DNA from: Cupriavidus necator
Lineage (GTDB): Bacteria; Pseudomonadota; Gammaproteobacteria; Burkholderiales; Burkholderiaceae
NCBI RefSeq assembly: GCF_016127575.1
Contig: NZ_CP066018.1
Span: 2,040,001 to 2,072,000 of the forward strand
Direction of reading: 5' to 3'
Length of the DNA: 32,000 nucleotides
The notes below the pieces were generated by a model. The model worked only from the letters and a program-made list of their open reading frames with translations. It made no database searches and had not been told where the DNA came from. Positions 1-8,902 of the stretch are shown in pieces (position 1 is the stretch's first letter; the number at the start of each line of letters is the position of its first letter). Position numbers and translations under genes: made by a program.

Positions 1-1
1 C

Positions 2-1192
2 CTGAAATCCGTCGCCGGCGTGGAGCTGGGCTGGGCCGAGGCGGGCATCCGCAAGGCCAACCGCAAGGACGTGCTGGTGGTGCGCGTGGCCGAAGGCAGC
101 ACCGTGGCCGGCGTCTTCACCAGCAACCGCTTCTGCGCGGCGCCGGTGCAGGTCTGCCGCGAGCACCTGGCCGCTGGCAAGGGCATCCGCGCGCTGGTGG
201 TCAACACCGGCAATGCCAACGCCGGCACCGGCGAACCGGGCCTGGCCAGTGCCCGCGCCAGCTGCGACGCGCTGGCAGCGCAACTGGGCATCGCCGCCGA
301 GCAGGTGCTGCCGTTCTCGACCGGCGTGATCCTGGAGCCGCTGCCGGTCGACCGCCTGGTGGCCGGCCTGCCCGCCGCCATCGCCAACGCGAAGCCGGAC
401 AACTGGCTGGCCGCCGCCGAAGCCATCATGACCACCGACACGCAGCCCAAGGCCGCGTCGCGCACGGTGCAGATCGACGGCAAGACCGTGACGCTGTCGG
501 GCATCAGCAAGGGCGCCGGCATGATCCGCCCGAACATGGCGACCATGCTCGGCTTTATCGCCATGGACGCCGCCGTGGCCCAGCCGGTGCTGCAGGCGCT
601 GGTCTCCTACGCCGCCGACCATTCGTTCAACAGCATCACCATCGACGGCGATACCTCGACCAACGACTCGTTCGTGCTGATCGCCACGGGCAAGTCCGGC
701 GCCGTGGTCGAGCGCGCCGAAGGCCCGGCCTTCGAGGCGCTGCGCGACGCGGTGACCGCGCTGGCGCAGGAACTGGCGCAGATGATCGTGCGCGACGGCG
801 AAGGCGCCACCAAGCTGATGACCATCCGCGTCGAAGGCGGCAAGGACGTGGCCGAGTGCCGCCAGATCGCCTATGCGGTGGCGCATTCGCCGCTGGTCAA
901 GACCGCGTTCTATGCGTCGGACCCCAACCTGGGCCGCATCCTGGCCGCGGTCGGCTACGCCGGCGTCGATGACCTCGACGTCGGCCGCGTCAACCTGTGG
1001 CTGGACGATGTCTGGGTGGCCCGCGACGGCGGCCGCAACCCCGACTACCGCGAGGAAGACGGCCAGCGCGTGATGAAGCAGGCCGAGATCACCGTGCGCA
1101 TCGCGCTCGGCCGCGGCAAGGCCGAAGCGACGGTCTGGACCTGCGACCTGTCGCACGATTACGTGTCGATCAACGCCGACTACCGCTCCTGA
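2..1192 (+). CDS. argJ: Bifunctional glutamate N-acetyltransferase/amino-acid acetyltransferase ArgJ (5' end cut by window edge)
   Basis: The frame of ORF 20..1192 stays open back to nt 2 ([15 protein letters not shown]...), so the listed GTG is probably internal. ArgJ-type self-cleavage region [14 protein letters not shown] and the C-terminal [15 protein letters not shown] are present. Confidence 0.9.
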   Translation: MKSVAGVELGWAEAGIRKANRKDVLVVRVAEGSTVAGVFTSNRFCAAPVQVCREHLAAGKGIRALVVNTGNANAGTGEPGLASARASCDALAAQLGIAAEQVLPFSTGVILEPLPVDRLVAGLPAAIANAKPDNWLAAAEAIMTTDTQPKAASRTVQIDGKTVTLSGISKGAGMIRPNMATMLGFIAMDAAVAQPVLQALVSYAADHSFNSITIDGDTSTNDSFVLIATGKSGAVVERAEGPAFEALRDAVTALAQELAQMIVRDGEGATKLMTIRVEGGKDVAECRQIAYAVAHSPLVKTAFYASDPNLGRILAAVGYAGVDDLDVGRVNLWLDDVWVARDGGRNPDYREEDGQRVMKQAEITVRIALGRGKAEATVWTCDLSHDYVSINADYRS

Positions 1193-1272
1193 GCTTTCCG
1201 TCCTTCCCGTGCATGCGGGAAGGGCATCGATTCCCCTGCCAGCCGATACCGCGCCCCTAGCGCGCCCCTGCC

Positions 1273-2178
1273 ATGTCTGACCTCGCCGCCCGCCTCGACA
1301 ACTTCCTTGCCCGACTCGAACAATGGCTGCCGCCGCAACTGAGCGACGCCGACTGGCAGGAGGCCGTGGCGTTCCGCTGGCGCAAGCGGCAGAGCCTGTT
1401 CGGCAATATCGGCTACCTGCAGCCGGTGCGCCAGCTGCCGCCGATCCACCTGGACGACCTGAAGAACATCGAGCGCCAGAAGGATGCCATCGTCGCCAAC
1501 ACGCGCCAGTTCGTGAGCAAGCTGCCGGCCAACAATGTGCTGCTGACCGGCGCGCGCGGCACCGGCAAGTCGTCGCTGATCAAGGCCTGCCTCAATGCCT
1601 TCGTCAGGGACGGGCTGCGGCTGGTTGAGGTGGACAAGGATGACCTGGGCGACCTCGGCGATATCGTCGAGCTCGTTGCGCAGCGCCCCGAGCGCTTCGT
1701 GATCTTCTGCGACGACCTGTCGTTCGAAGAGGGCGAGTCGGGCTACAAGTCGCTCAAGTCGGCGCTGGACGGCTCGGTGGCGGCGCAGTCGGACAACGTG
1801 CTGATCTACGCCACCTCCAACCGCCGGCACCTGCTGCCGGAGTACATGAAGGACAACGAGACCTACCGCCACACCGACGATGGCGAGATCCATCCCGGCG
1901 AAGTGGTGGAAGAGAAGATCTCGCTGTCCGAGCGCTTCGGGCTGTGGCTGTCGTTCTACCCGCCCAAGCAGGACGAATATCTGGCCATTGTCGGCCACTG
2001 GCTCAGGCACTTTGGCTGCACCGACGAGGACATCGCCGCGGCGCGCGGTGACGCGCTGGTGTGGGCGCTGGAGCGCGGCTCGCGCTCGGGCCGCGTGGCC
2101 TGGCAGTTTGCGCGCGATTGGGGCGGCAAGCATGGCAAGCCCTATATTGCCGATGTCGCCGGAGACGCCAAGGCATGA
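1273..2178 (+). CDS. DUF815-type AAA/P-loop ATPase of unknown function
   Basis: 301-aa ORF with Walker A (LLTGARGTGKSS) and Walker B-like FVIFCDDLSFEE. Its stop overlaps the next start in ATGA at 2175-2178. Confidence 0.8.
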   Translation: MSDLAARLDNFLARLEQWLPPQLSDADWQEAVAFRWRKRQSLFGNIGYLQPVRQLPPIHLDDLKNIERQKDAIVANTRQFVSKLPANNVLLTGARGTGKSSLIKACLNAFVRDGLRLVEVDKDDLGDLGDIVELVAQRPERFVIFCDDLSFEEGESGYKSLKSALDGSVAAQSDNVLIYATSNRRHLLPEYMKDNETYRHTDDGEIHPGEVVEEKISLSERFGLWLSFYPPKQDEYLAIVGHWLRHFGCTDEDIAAARGDALVWALERGSRSGRVAWQFARDWGGKHGKPYIADVAGDAKA

Positions 2179-2621
2179 GCGCGGCCACGCAGAACCCCGC
2201 GCAGACCGGCGCCAACCCGCCGCGCAAGGTGACCGAGGTGGCGGTCGGCGTGCTGGTGCAGCCCGACGGACGCTTCCTGCTGGCGCAGCGCCCGGCCGGC
2301 AAGCCCTACGAGGGCTATTGGGAATTCCCCGGCGGCAAGCTGGAGCCCGGTGAGTCGGTGGAGGCAGCACTGGCCAGAGAACTCCATGAAGAGCTGGGCC
2401 TTGATGTAACGCAATGCGAGCGTTGGCACATTCTGGAACATGACTATCCGCACGCCTATGTGCGGCTGTATTTCTGCAAGGTCACCGACTGGCGGGGCGA
2501 CCCCGTCGGCCGCGAAGGCCAGGCCTTCTCGTGGCAGCGCACGCCGGTGACGGTGGGGCCGCTGCTGCCGGCCACCATTCCCGTGGTGGAGTGGCTGGCC
2601 GAGGAATCGGGCAACGGCTGA
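2175..2621 (+). CDS. mutT: NUDIX hydrolase, MutT-like 8-oxo-dGTP diphosphatase
   Basis: Start taken at the internal Met (MSAATQNP...) of ORF 2061..2621, because it overlaps the upstream stop. Nudix box GGKLEPGESVEAALARELHEELGL is present. Confidence 0.8.
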   Translation: MSAATQNPAQTGANPPRKVTEVAVGVLVQPDGRFLLAQRPAGKPYEGYWEFPGGKLEPGESVEAALARELHEELGLDVTQCERWHILEHDYPHAYVRLYFCKVTDWRGDPVGREGQAFSWQRTPVTVGPLLPATIPVVEWLAEESGNG

Positions 2622-2714
2622 CCCTGCCTTCCCGCTGTCGGGCAAGCGGCCGCGGCGCCCGCTTGCGCGCCGCCAGGGCCTGACCAGGCCCTGATCCACA
2701 GGAAAGGAACCTGC

Positions 2715-4754
2715 ATGCTACGTGTCGATCGTATCGCCGACGACGTTTCCCTGCCTGAACTGACCCTGCGCGGCATCATCCTCGGTGCGCTGATCACGGT
2801 CGTGTTCACCGCCTCCAACATCTACCTGGGCCTGAAGGTCGGCCTGACCTTCTCGTCGGCGATCCCGGCGGCCGTGATCTCGATGGCCGTGCTGCGGCTC
2901 TTCCCCGGCGCCAACATCCTGGAAAACAACATGGTGCAGACGCAGGCCTCGGCCGCGGGCACCCTGTCGTCGATCATCTTTATCCTGCCGGGCCTGGTCA
3001 TGCTGGGCCACTGGCAGGGCTTCCCGTTCTGGCAGACGCTGGCGATCTGCGCGGCCGGCGGCATGCTGGGCGTGCTGTTCAGCATCCCGCTGCGCCACGC
3101 GATGGTGGTGCAGAGCGAGCTGCCCTACCCGGAGGGCGTGGCCGCGGCGGAAATCCTGCGCGTGGGCAGCGCCGCGCCAGACCAGGCCGCGCCGGGGCAG
3201 AAGCCCCAGGCGACCGGCCTGGCCGACCTGATGGCCGGCGGCCTGGTGGCGGGGCTGTTCAGCTTTGCCGCCGGCGGGCTGCGCCTGCTGGCCGAGGGCG
3301 CCAACTTCTGGCTGTCGGCCGGGGCCTCGGTGGTGCGGCTGTCGATGGGGTTCTCGCTGGCGCTGGTGGGCGCGGGCTACCTGGTCGGAATCGTCGGCGG
3401 GCTGGCCATGCTGCTCGGGCTGGTGCTGACCTGGGGCGTCGCGGTGCCGTGGCTGACGGCCATCACGCCGCGCCCGGACGGCGCCACGCTGTCGGCCTTC
3501 GGCGCCATGGTGTGGAGCCAGCAGGCGCGCTTCATCGGTGCCGGCACCATCGGCATTGCCGCGATCTGGACGCTGCTGTCGCTGGCCGGGCCGATGCTGT
3601 ACGGCATCCGCGCCTCGTTCGGCGCGCTGCAGGGCGGGCCGGCGGGGCAGGGCAAGATGCCGCGCACGCAGCAGGACATGCCGGCCAGATGGATCGGGCT
3701 GGTGATGCTGGGGCTGCTGGCGGTGCTGGTGACGGTATTCGCCTGGTTCCTCGCGCCGGCGCCGCTCGATGGCGGCGCACGCTGGCGCCTGGTGATCTAC
3801 GCGGTGGTGTTCGCCTTTATCTTCGGCTTCCTGGTGGCGGCGGCGTGTGGCTACATGGCCGGGCTGGTGGGCTCGTCGGCCAGCCCGATCTCGGGCATCG
3901 GCATCATCGCGGTGATCCTGGTGTCGCTGCTGATCCTGCTGGCGGGCAAGGCCGACGGGCTGCTGGCCACGCCCGAGGGCAGAAACTTCGCGATTGCGCT
4001 GGCGATCTTCACCACCTCGGCGGTGGTGGCGGTCGCCTCGATCGCCAACGACAACCTGCAGGACCTGAAGACCGGCTGGCTGGTCGGTGCCACGCCGTGG
4101 CGCCAGCAGGTGGCGCTGCTGATCGGCTGCGCGGTAGGCGCGGCGGTGATTCCGCCGGTGCTGGACCTGCTCTACAGCGCCTATGGCTTCGCCGGCGCGC
4201 TGCCGCGTGCGGACATGGACCCCAACCAGGCGCTGGCCGCGCCGCAGGCGACGCTGATGACCGCGATCGCCACCGGCATCTTCACCCGCCAGCTCAACTG
4301 GACCATGATCCTGATCGGCATCGGGCTGGGCGTGGTGCTGATCGCCATCGACGAGGTGCTGCGCCGCCGCCGCGGCGCGGCGCGGCTGCCGGTGCTGGCG
4401 GTGGGCATCGGCATCTACCTGCCGCCGACCATCAGCTCGGCGCTGGTGGTGGGCGCGGTGCTGTCGTGGCTCCTGCTGCGCAGCGAGCGCCGCCGCGCCA
4501 GCGCGCGCGGCGACGACGTCAAGCTGGCGCTGGAACATGCCGAGCGGCGCGGCACGCTGCTGGCCTCGGGCCTGATCGTGGGGGAAAGCCTGGTCGGCGT
4601 GATGCTGGCCGCGGTAATCGGCCTGTCGGGCAGGGATGCGCCACTGGCGCTGGCCGGGCCCGGGTTTGAAGCGACCGCGCAGTGGCTGGGCCTGGCGGTG
4701 TTCGCGCTGGTATGCGTGGGCTTCTACCGCCGCGTGCTGGCGGCGGCGCACTGA
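2715..4754 (+). CDS. OPT-family oligopeptide transporter (polytopic membrane protein)
   Basis: 679-aa ORF made almost entirely of hydrophobic helices; the sequence is typical of bacterial OPT-family members. SD-like AGGAAAGGA lies 6 nt upstream of the ATG. Confidence 0.8.
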   Translation: MLRVDRIADDVSLPELTLRGIILGALITVVFTASNIYLGLKVGLTFSSAIPAAVISMAVLRLFPGANILENNMVQTQASAAGTLSSIIFILPGLVMLGHWQGFPFWQTLAICAAGGMLGVLFSIPLRHAMVVQSELPYPEGVAAAEILRVGSAAPDQAAPGQKPQATGLADLMAGGLVAGLFSFAAGGLRLLAEGANFWLSAGASVVRLSMGFSLALVGAGYLVGIVGGLAMLLGLVLTWGVAVPWLTAITPRPDGATLSAFGAMVWSQQARFIGAGTIGIAAIWTLLSLAGPMLYGIRASFGALQGGPAGQGKMPRTQQDMPARWIGLVMLGLLAVLVTVFAWFLAPAPLDGGARWRLVIYAVVFAFIFGFLVAAACGYMAGLVGSSASPISGIGIIAVILVSLLILLAGKADGLLATPEGRNFAIALAIFTTSAVVAVASIANDNLQDLKTGWLVGATPWRQQVALLIGCAVGAAVIPPVLDLLYSAYGFAGALPRADMDPNQALAAPQATLMTAIATGIFTRQLNWTMILIGIGLGVVLIAIDEVLRRRRGAARLPVLAVGIGIYLPPTISSALVVGAVLSWLLLRSERRRASARGDDVKLALEHAERRGTLLASGLIVGESLVGVMLAAVIGLSGRDAPLALAGPGFEATAQWLGLAVFALVCVGFYRRVLAAAH

Positions 4755-4784
4755 ACCGCGAGGGACGCTGAAGGCGAGGGCGCT

Positions 4785-4973
4785 TCAGTCGTCCTCGTCT
4801 TCAGTCTGGTCGGCGGAGGTCTCGCCCGGCTTGCCGCCGATCACGTATTTCTCGGACGCCCAGGCGCCGAGATCGATCTGCTTGCAGCGCTCGGAACAGA
4901 AGGGGCGGAATTTGTTGTCGGGCACCCAGGCCACCTCGGTGCCGCAGGTGGGGCATTTGACGACAGCAGGCAT
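4785..4973 (-). CDS. yacG: DNA gyrase inhibitor YacG (zinc-ribbon protein)
   Basis: 62-aa product [16 protein letters not shown]...[17 protein letters not shown] with the CxxC...CxxxC zinc ribbon and an acidic tail. Start chosen at the internal Met of ORF 4785..5081. Confidence 0.85.
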   Translation of the reverse strand: MPAVVKCPTCGTEVAWVPDNKFRPFCSERCKQIDLGAWASEKYVIGGKPGETSADQTEDEDD

Positions 4974-4990
4974 AGCGTTCAGCGCAGGCT

Positions 4991-5749
4991 TCAGAAATTG
5001 CAGAGTTTCAGCAGGAACGGGATATCCGCATCGACCGAGCGTGGGCGCAGGTCGCCGTCCTGCTGCGTGAAGCGCACCCACAGCATGTACTTGTTGGCGC
5101 TCATCTCGGGGATGAAGGCCAGCAGCGAGTCATCCAGGTAGACCTGCATCAGCTGGTAGCTGCGACCGGACAGCATTTGCTGGTAGCTGCCGCCGGTGGC
5201 GATCACCTTGCCGCTCTGGCCGGCTTCGCGCAGCAGGCGCAGCACGATGGTGGTGCCCATGCGCAGCGACAGCAGCGGACGTACCCACTTCAGGATATCG
5301 GCGCGGCGGTCTTCGGCGGGGCGGTGCTGCCAGGCATAGTAGGCCGGCAGGTCGAACTCGCAGGTGCCGCCGGGGATGATCGCGCGGCTGCGGATGCTGG
5401 TCAGCCACTCGTTGTCGGCCAGCAGCTGGCCGGCCTTGCCCACGGTCTGGTTGAGCATGGCGATGCCTTGCTCGATCTCGCCGATGACGGCGTCCAGCGC
5501 CTCCTGGTCGATCTGCGGGTTGGCGCGCAGTGGCGCCAGTGCCTGGCGCTGGCGTTCCAGTTCCTTGATCAGGTCGGTCTTGAGGTCGGCGCGGCCGGCG
5601 ACGTCGATGATCTCGAACAGCGTGGTCAGCGCGACATGGTGCTGGTGGGCATGATCCTGGCCGAGAAAGTATTCCAGCCGATCGAACAGGTCCTCCAGGC
5701 GCAGGAGTGTCCTGATGCGTTCGTTGAAAGGGTATTCGTACAGAATCAA
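4991..5749 (-). CDS. zapD: Cell division protein ZapD
   Basis: ORF 4991..5935 contains the ZapD-like sequence (M)[21 protein letters not shown]... The upstream 60 aa look non-coding. I place the start at TTG 5747-5749, giving 252 aa; the exact start is uncertain. Confidence 0.8.
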   Translation of the reverse strand: MILYEYPFNERIRTLLRLEDLFDRLEYFLGQDHAHQHHVALTTLFEIIDVAGRADLKTDLIKELERQRQALAPLRANPQIDQEALDAVIGEIEQGIAMLNQTVGKAGQLLADNEWLTSIRSRAIIPGGTCEFDLPAYYAWQHRPAEDRRADILKWVRPLLSLRMGTTIVLRLLREAGQSGKVIATGGSYQQMLSGRSYQLMQVYLDDSLLAFIPEMSANKYMLWVRFTQQDGDLRPRSVDADIPFLLKLCNF

Positions 5750-5886
5750 GTGCAATGTCCGTGCAGGGCGTCGGGCGCTTTCAGGAGCGGCCCGGTGCAG
5801 AATGAGGCCCGGGAAATGCCGGAAGGGGCGATATATGGCGGGCGGTTGCCGCCAGTATGCGGTGATTTCCCCGCATATTCCAGCGC

Positions 5887-5915
5887 ATTCTATGCGAGAC
5901 ACGGGCCGAGGACAA
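5887..5915 (-). promoter_or_regulatory. Candidate sigma-70 promoter for zapD-yacG (TTGTCC-17 nt-TAGAAT)
   Basis: The minus strand reads TTGTCC TCGGCCCGTGTCTCGCA TAGAAT. It lies in the 209-nt gap between coaE and zapD, about 135 nt upstream of the proposed zapD start. Confidence 0.45.
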
Positions 5916-5958
5916 TGTCGCGTGCATGATGCCATGCGCTGGCGCGCCGGGTTGCGCG

Positions 5959-6585
5959 TTATGGATGGACCCTGGCCGCCGCCGACAGTTCACGATAGTA
6001 GCGGTCGAGCCGGTCGACCTGGTCCACCAGCGCCTCCACCGGACCGTCGTTGTCGATGACGTCGTCGGCACATGCCAGGCGCTCGGCGCGGGTGGCCTGT
6101 CTGGCCATGATGGCCTGCACCTGCTCGCGGCTGAAGCCGTTGCGCGACATCACGCGCGCTACCTGGGTGGCCTCGGTGCAGTCCACCACCAGCACGCGGC
6201 CCACGCGCTCGCGCCATGAGCCCGATTCCACCAGCAGCGGCACCACGTAGATCAGGTAGGGATGGTCGCCGGCATCGCGGATCGCGTGGGCGCGCTCGGT
6301 GGTCAGTGCACGGATCAGCGGGTGGGTGATCGCTTCAAGCCGAGCCTTGGCTGCGGGGTCGGCAAACACCAGTGCGCGCATCGCGTCGCGGTCCATGGCG
6401 CCGTCGGGACGCAGGCAGGCCGGGCCGAAGGCCTCGACCAGCGCCGGGATGGCGCGCCCGCCTGGGGCGGTGATCTCGTGCGCGAGCAGGTCGGTGTCGA
6501 TGATCGCGGCACCGCGCGCGGCAAACATGTCGGCCACGCGGGTCTTGCCGCTGCCGATGCCGCCGGTCAGTCCGATTTCCAGCAT
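5959..6585 (-). CDS. coaE: Dephospho-CoA kinase
   Basis: [16 protein letters not shown]-loop at the N-terminus; 208 aa; conserved position between pilD and zapD. Confidence 0.9.
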   Translation of the reverse strand: MLEIGLTGGIGSGKTRVADMFAARGAAIIDTDLLAHEITAPGGRAIPALVEAFGPACLRPDGAMDRDAMRALVFADPAAKARLEAITHPLIRALTTERAHAIRDAGDHPYLIYVVPLLVESGSWRERVGRVLVVDCTEATQVARVMSRNGFSREQVQAIMARQATRAERLACADDVIDNDGPVEALVDQVDRLDRYYRELSAAARVHP

Positions 6586-6648
6586 GTGAAGCTCTGTTGA
6601 CGATGTTGCCGCAACGATACCAGCTTCAGCGGAGATCGTCGGACACCG

Positions 6649-7563
6649 TCATGGCCATGCAAACAGCGGCAGCACGCCGGGGCCGAACAGCAGCACCACC
6701 ACGCCGGCGAGCGCGATGAAGGGCCCGAACGGGAAGGGCGTGTCGCGTTCCTGCCGGCGCAGCGCGATATTGGCCAGCCCGAACAGCACGCCGACCACCG
6801 ACGACAGCAGCACCAGCGCCGGCAGCGCCTGCCAGCCGAGCCAGGCGCCCAGCGCCGCCATCAGCTTGAAGTCGCCAAAGCCCATGCCTTCCTTGCCGCG
6901 CACCAGCCGGAACAGCCAGTAGGCCGTCCACAGCACCAGGTAGCCGGCAGCCGCGCCGATCACGGCGTCGGGCAGCGTCACGAACACGCCGCCCAGGTTC
7001 AGCAGCAGGCCCAGCCACAACAGCGGCAGGGTGATCTGGTCCGGCAGCAGTTGCGTATCGGCATCGATCATGGTCAGCGCCAGCAGCGCCCACACCAGCA
7101 CCAGCGCGGCCAGGGCCTGTCCGCCGGGGCCGAAGCGCCACGCCGCCAGCGCGCTCAGCACGCCACAGGCCAGCTCGACCAGCGGATAGCGCACACTGAT
7201 CGGCGCCTGGCACGCCGAGCAGCGCCCGCGCAGGAACAGGTAGCTCAGCACCGGCACGTTCTCCCACGGCGCAATCGCGTGGCCGCAATGCGGGCAGGCC
7301 GAGCGCGGCACCATCAGGTTGTAGCGGCCGGGGTAGGGCAGCGGGTCGCCGCGCAGCTCGGCGATATAGTTGGCCTCGTCGCGCTCCATCATGCGCGGCA
7401 TCCGGTGGATGACCACATTGAGGAAGCTGCCGACCACCAGCCCGAGCAGCGCGGCGGCCGCCACCAGGAAGGCGGGCGGCAACGCCGCCAGTGCCTCCAC
7501 CAGCGGCGCGCCGCCGGTGGAGGCCGGCGAAGGGTAGGGAGAAGCAGACCACGAAGACAACAT
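6649..7563 (-). CDS. pilD: Prepilin leader peptidase/N-methyltransferase PilD
   Basis: 304-aa polytopic protein with paired Cys motifs (CPHCGHAI, CSACQAPI) and the GFGDFKL active-site region. It lies downstream of pilB and pilC. Confidence 0.9.
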   Translation of the reverse strand: MLSSWSASPYPSPASTGGAPLVEALAALPPAFLVAAAALLGLVVGSFLNVVIHRMPRMMERDEANYIAELRGDPLPYPGRYNLMVPRSACPHCGHAIAPWENVPVLSYLFLRGRCSACQAPISVRYPLVELACGVLSALAAWRFGPGGQALAALVLVWALLALTMIDADTQLLPDQITLPLLWLGLLLNLGGVFVTLPDAVIGAAAGYLVLWTAYWLFRLVRGKEGMGFGDFKLMAALGAWLGWQALPALVLLSSVVGVLFGLANIALRRQERDTPFPFGPFIALAGVVVLLFGPGVLPLFAWP

Positions 7564-7566
7564 CGC

Positions 7567-8838
7567 TTACACCACCTGTCCCAGCTTGAAGATCGGCAGG
7601 TACATCGCCACCACCATGCCGCCGATCAGCACACCCAGCACCACGATGATCAGCGGCTCGATCAGGCTGGAGATCGCGGCCACGGCATCGTCGACCTCGC
7701 GCTCGTAGAACTCCGCCACCTTCAGCAGCATATTGTCCAGCGCGCCGGACTCCTCGCCGATCTGCGTCATCTGCAGCACCATGTTGTCGAACACATGGGT
7801 GGCCTGCATCGCGTTGGTCAGGCTGGTGCCGATGCGCACCGATTGCTCGATCTCGCGCGTGGCGTCGTAGTAGACCCAGTTGCCGGCCGCGCCGGCCACG
7901 GACTCCATTGACTCCACCAGCGGCGTGCCGGCGGCGAACATGGTGGCCAGCGTGCGGGTCCAGCGCGCGATCACGGCCTTGCGGAACAGGCTGCCGAAGA
8001 TCGGCAGCTTCAGCAGCGCGCGGTCGGTGGCGCGCTGCACCTTCTCCGATTTCTTCAGCGCGCGCAGGTAGAAGGAGATGCCGGCCACCGGCGCCCCGAT
8101 CACCAGGTACCAGTACTGGACAAAGAAGTCCGAGATGGCGATCACCAGCAGCGTCGGCGCCGGCAGGTTGGCGCCGAAGCTGGAGAACACGCCCTTGAAC
8201 GCCGGGATCACGAACAGCATCAGGATCACGGTCACGGCAAAGGCCACCGTCAGCACCGCGATCGGGTAGATCATCGCCGACTTGATCTGGCCTTTCAGCG
8301 CGATGGTCTTTTCCATGTAGAGCGACAGGCGCTCCAGCAGCGAATCCAGGATACCGCCCTGTTCGCCGGCATCGATCAGGTTGCAGTACAGCGTATCGAA
8401 GTACTTCGGATGGCGCCGGAATGCCGCGGCCATGCTGCTGCCGGCCTCGATGTCGAAGCGGATGTCGGACAGCAGCTGGGTGAAGTTGGGGTTCACGTGG
8501 CCACGCGCGATGATGTCGATCGATTGCAGCAGCGGAATGCCGGCCTTGAGCATGGTCGACAGCTGCCGTGTGAAGTAGGCGATGTCCTTCTCGGTGATCT
8601 TGCGCCCGCGCGCGGCCTTGCGCTTCTTCAGCTTGACGATGGTCAGGCCCTGCTTGCGCAGCGTGGCGGTGACCTCGGCCTGGTTCTCGGCGCGCAGCTC
8701 GCCGGTGAAGGTCTTGCCCTTGCGGTCCTTGCCTTCCCACTCAAAGATGTACTGGGTGGGTGCCTTGCGCCCCTTCCCTGATTTCGCCCGTGACGGTGCC
8801 GCCGTCCGGGCGCCCGCCGCTGGTGCACGCGTCGCCAT
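7567..8838 (-). CDS. pilC: Type IV pilus platform protein PilC (GspF family)
   Basis: 423-aa ORF with the duplicated GspF-type architecture. It ends 3 nt before the pilD start. Confidence 0.9.
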   Translation of the reverse strand: MATRAPAAGARTAAPSRAKSGKGRKAPTQYIFEWEGKDRKGKTFTGELRAENQAEVTATLRKQGLTIVKLKKRKAARGRKITEKDIAYFTRQLSTMLKAGIPLLQSIDIIARGHVNPNFTQLLSDIRFDIEAGSSMAAAFRRHPKYFDTLYCNLIDAGEQGGILDSLLERLSLYMEKTIALKGQIKSAMIYPIAVLTVAFAVTVILMLFVIPAFKGVFSSFGANLPAPTLLVIAISDFFVQYWYLVIGAPVAGISFYLRALKKSEKVQRATDRALLKLPIFGSLFRKAVIARWTRTLATMFAAGTPLVESMESVAGAAGNWVYYDATREIEQSVRIGTSLTNAMQATHVFDNMVLQMTQIGEESGALDNMLLKVAEFYEREVDDAVAAISSLIEPLIIVVLGVLIGGMVVAMYLPIFKLGQVV

Positions 8839-8902
8839 GATATTGACCCCCGATGTAAATGACGCTTGTTCTGCGTCTTGTATTTACGTTTGTCCTGCTT
8901 CC

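Noticed and set aside
1199-1224. Hairpins without U-tracts after argJ (CCTTCCCG-N6-CGGGAAGG), after mutT (2640-2690) and overlapping the yacG stop (4764-4793), as possible terminators.
   Set aside because: The stems are real, but they lack U-tails and sit in very GC-rich DNA where such palindromes arise easily. This is too weak to call as features.
2424-2440. TGGCAC hexamers as possible sigma-54 -24 elements: 2424 in mutT, about 7208 in pilD, 24935 at the PP0621 start codon, about 29288 in ampD.
   Set aside because: None has a GC/TTGC -12 element at the required spacing, and all lie inside coding sequence.
2718-4751. Very long ORFs antisense to or out of frame with the called genes. Examples: 2718..4751(-) 677 aa, 30015..31976(-) 653 aa, 27163..28923(-) 586 aa, 9032..10654(+) 540 aa, 25161..26654(-) 497 aa, 13842..15236(-) 464 aa, 6626..8740(-) 704 aa, 19971..21356(-) 461 aa, 23971..25179(-) 402 aa, 1180..2370(-) 396 aa.
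   Set aside because: Their translations are Arg/Ala/Gly/Pro/His/Gln-rich low-complexity strings with no recognisable motifs. Each fully shadows a gene with clear family signatures. Stop-free alternative frames are the expected artefact of high GC with strong GC3 bias.
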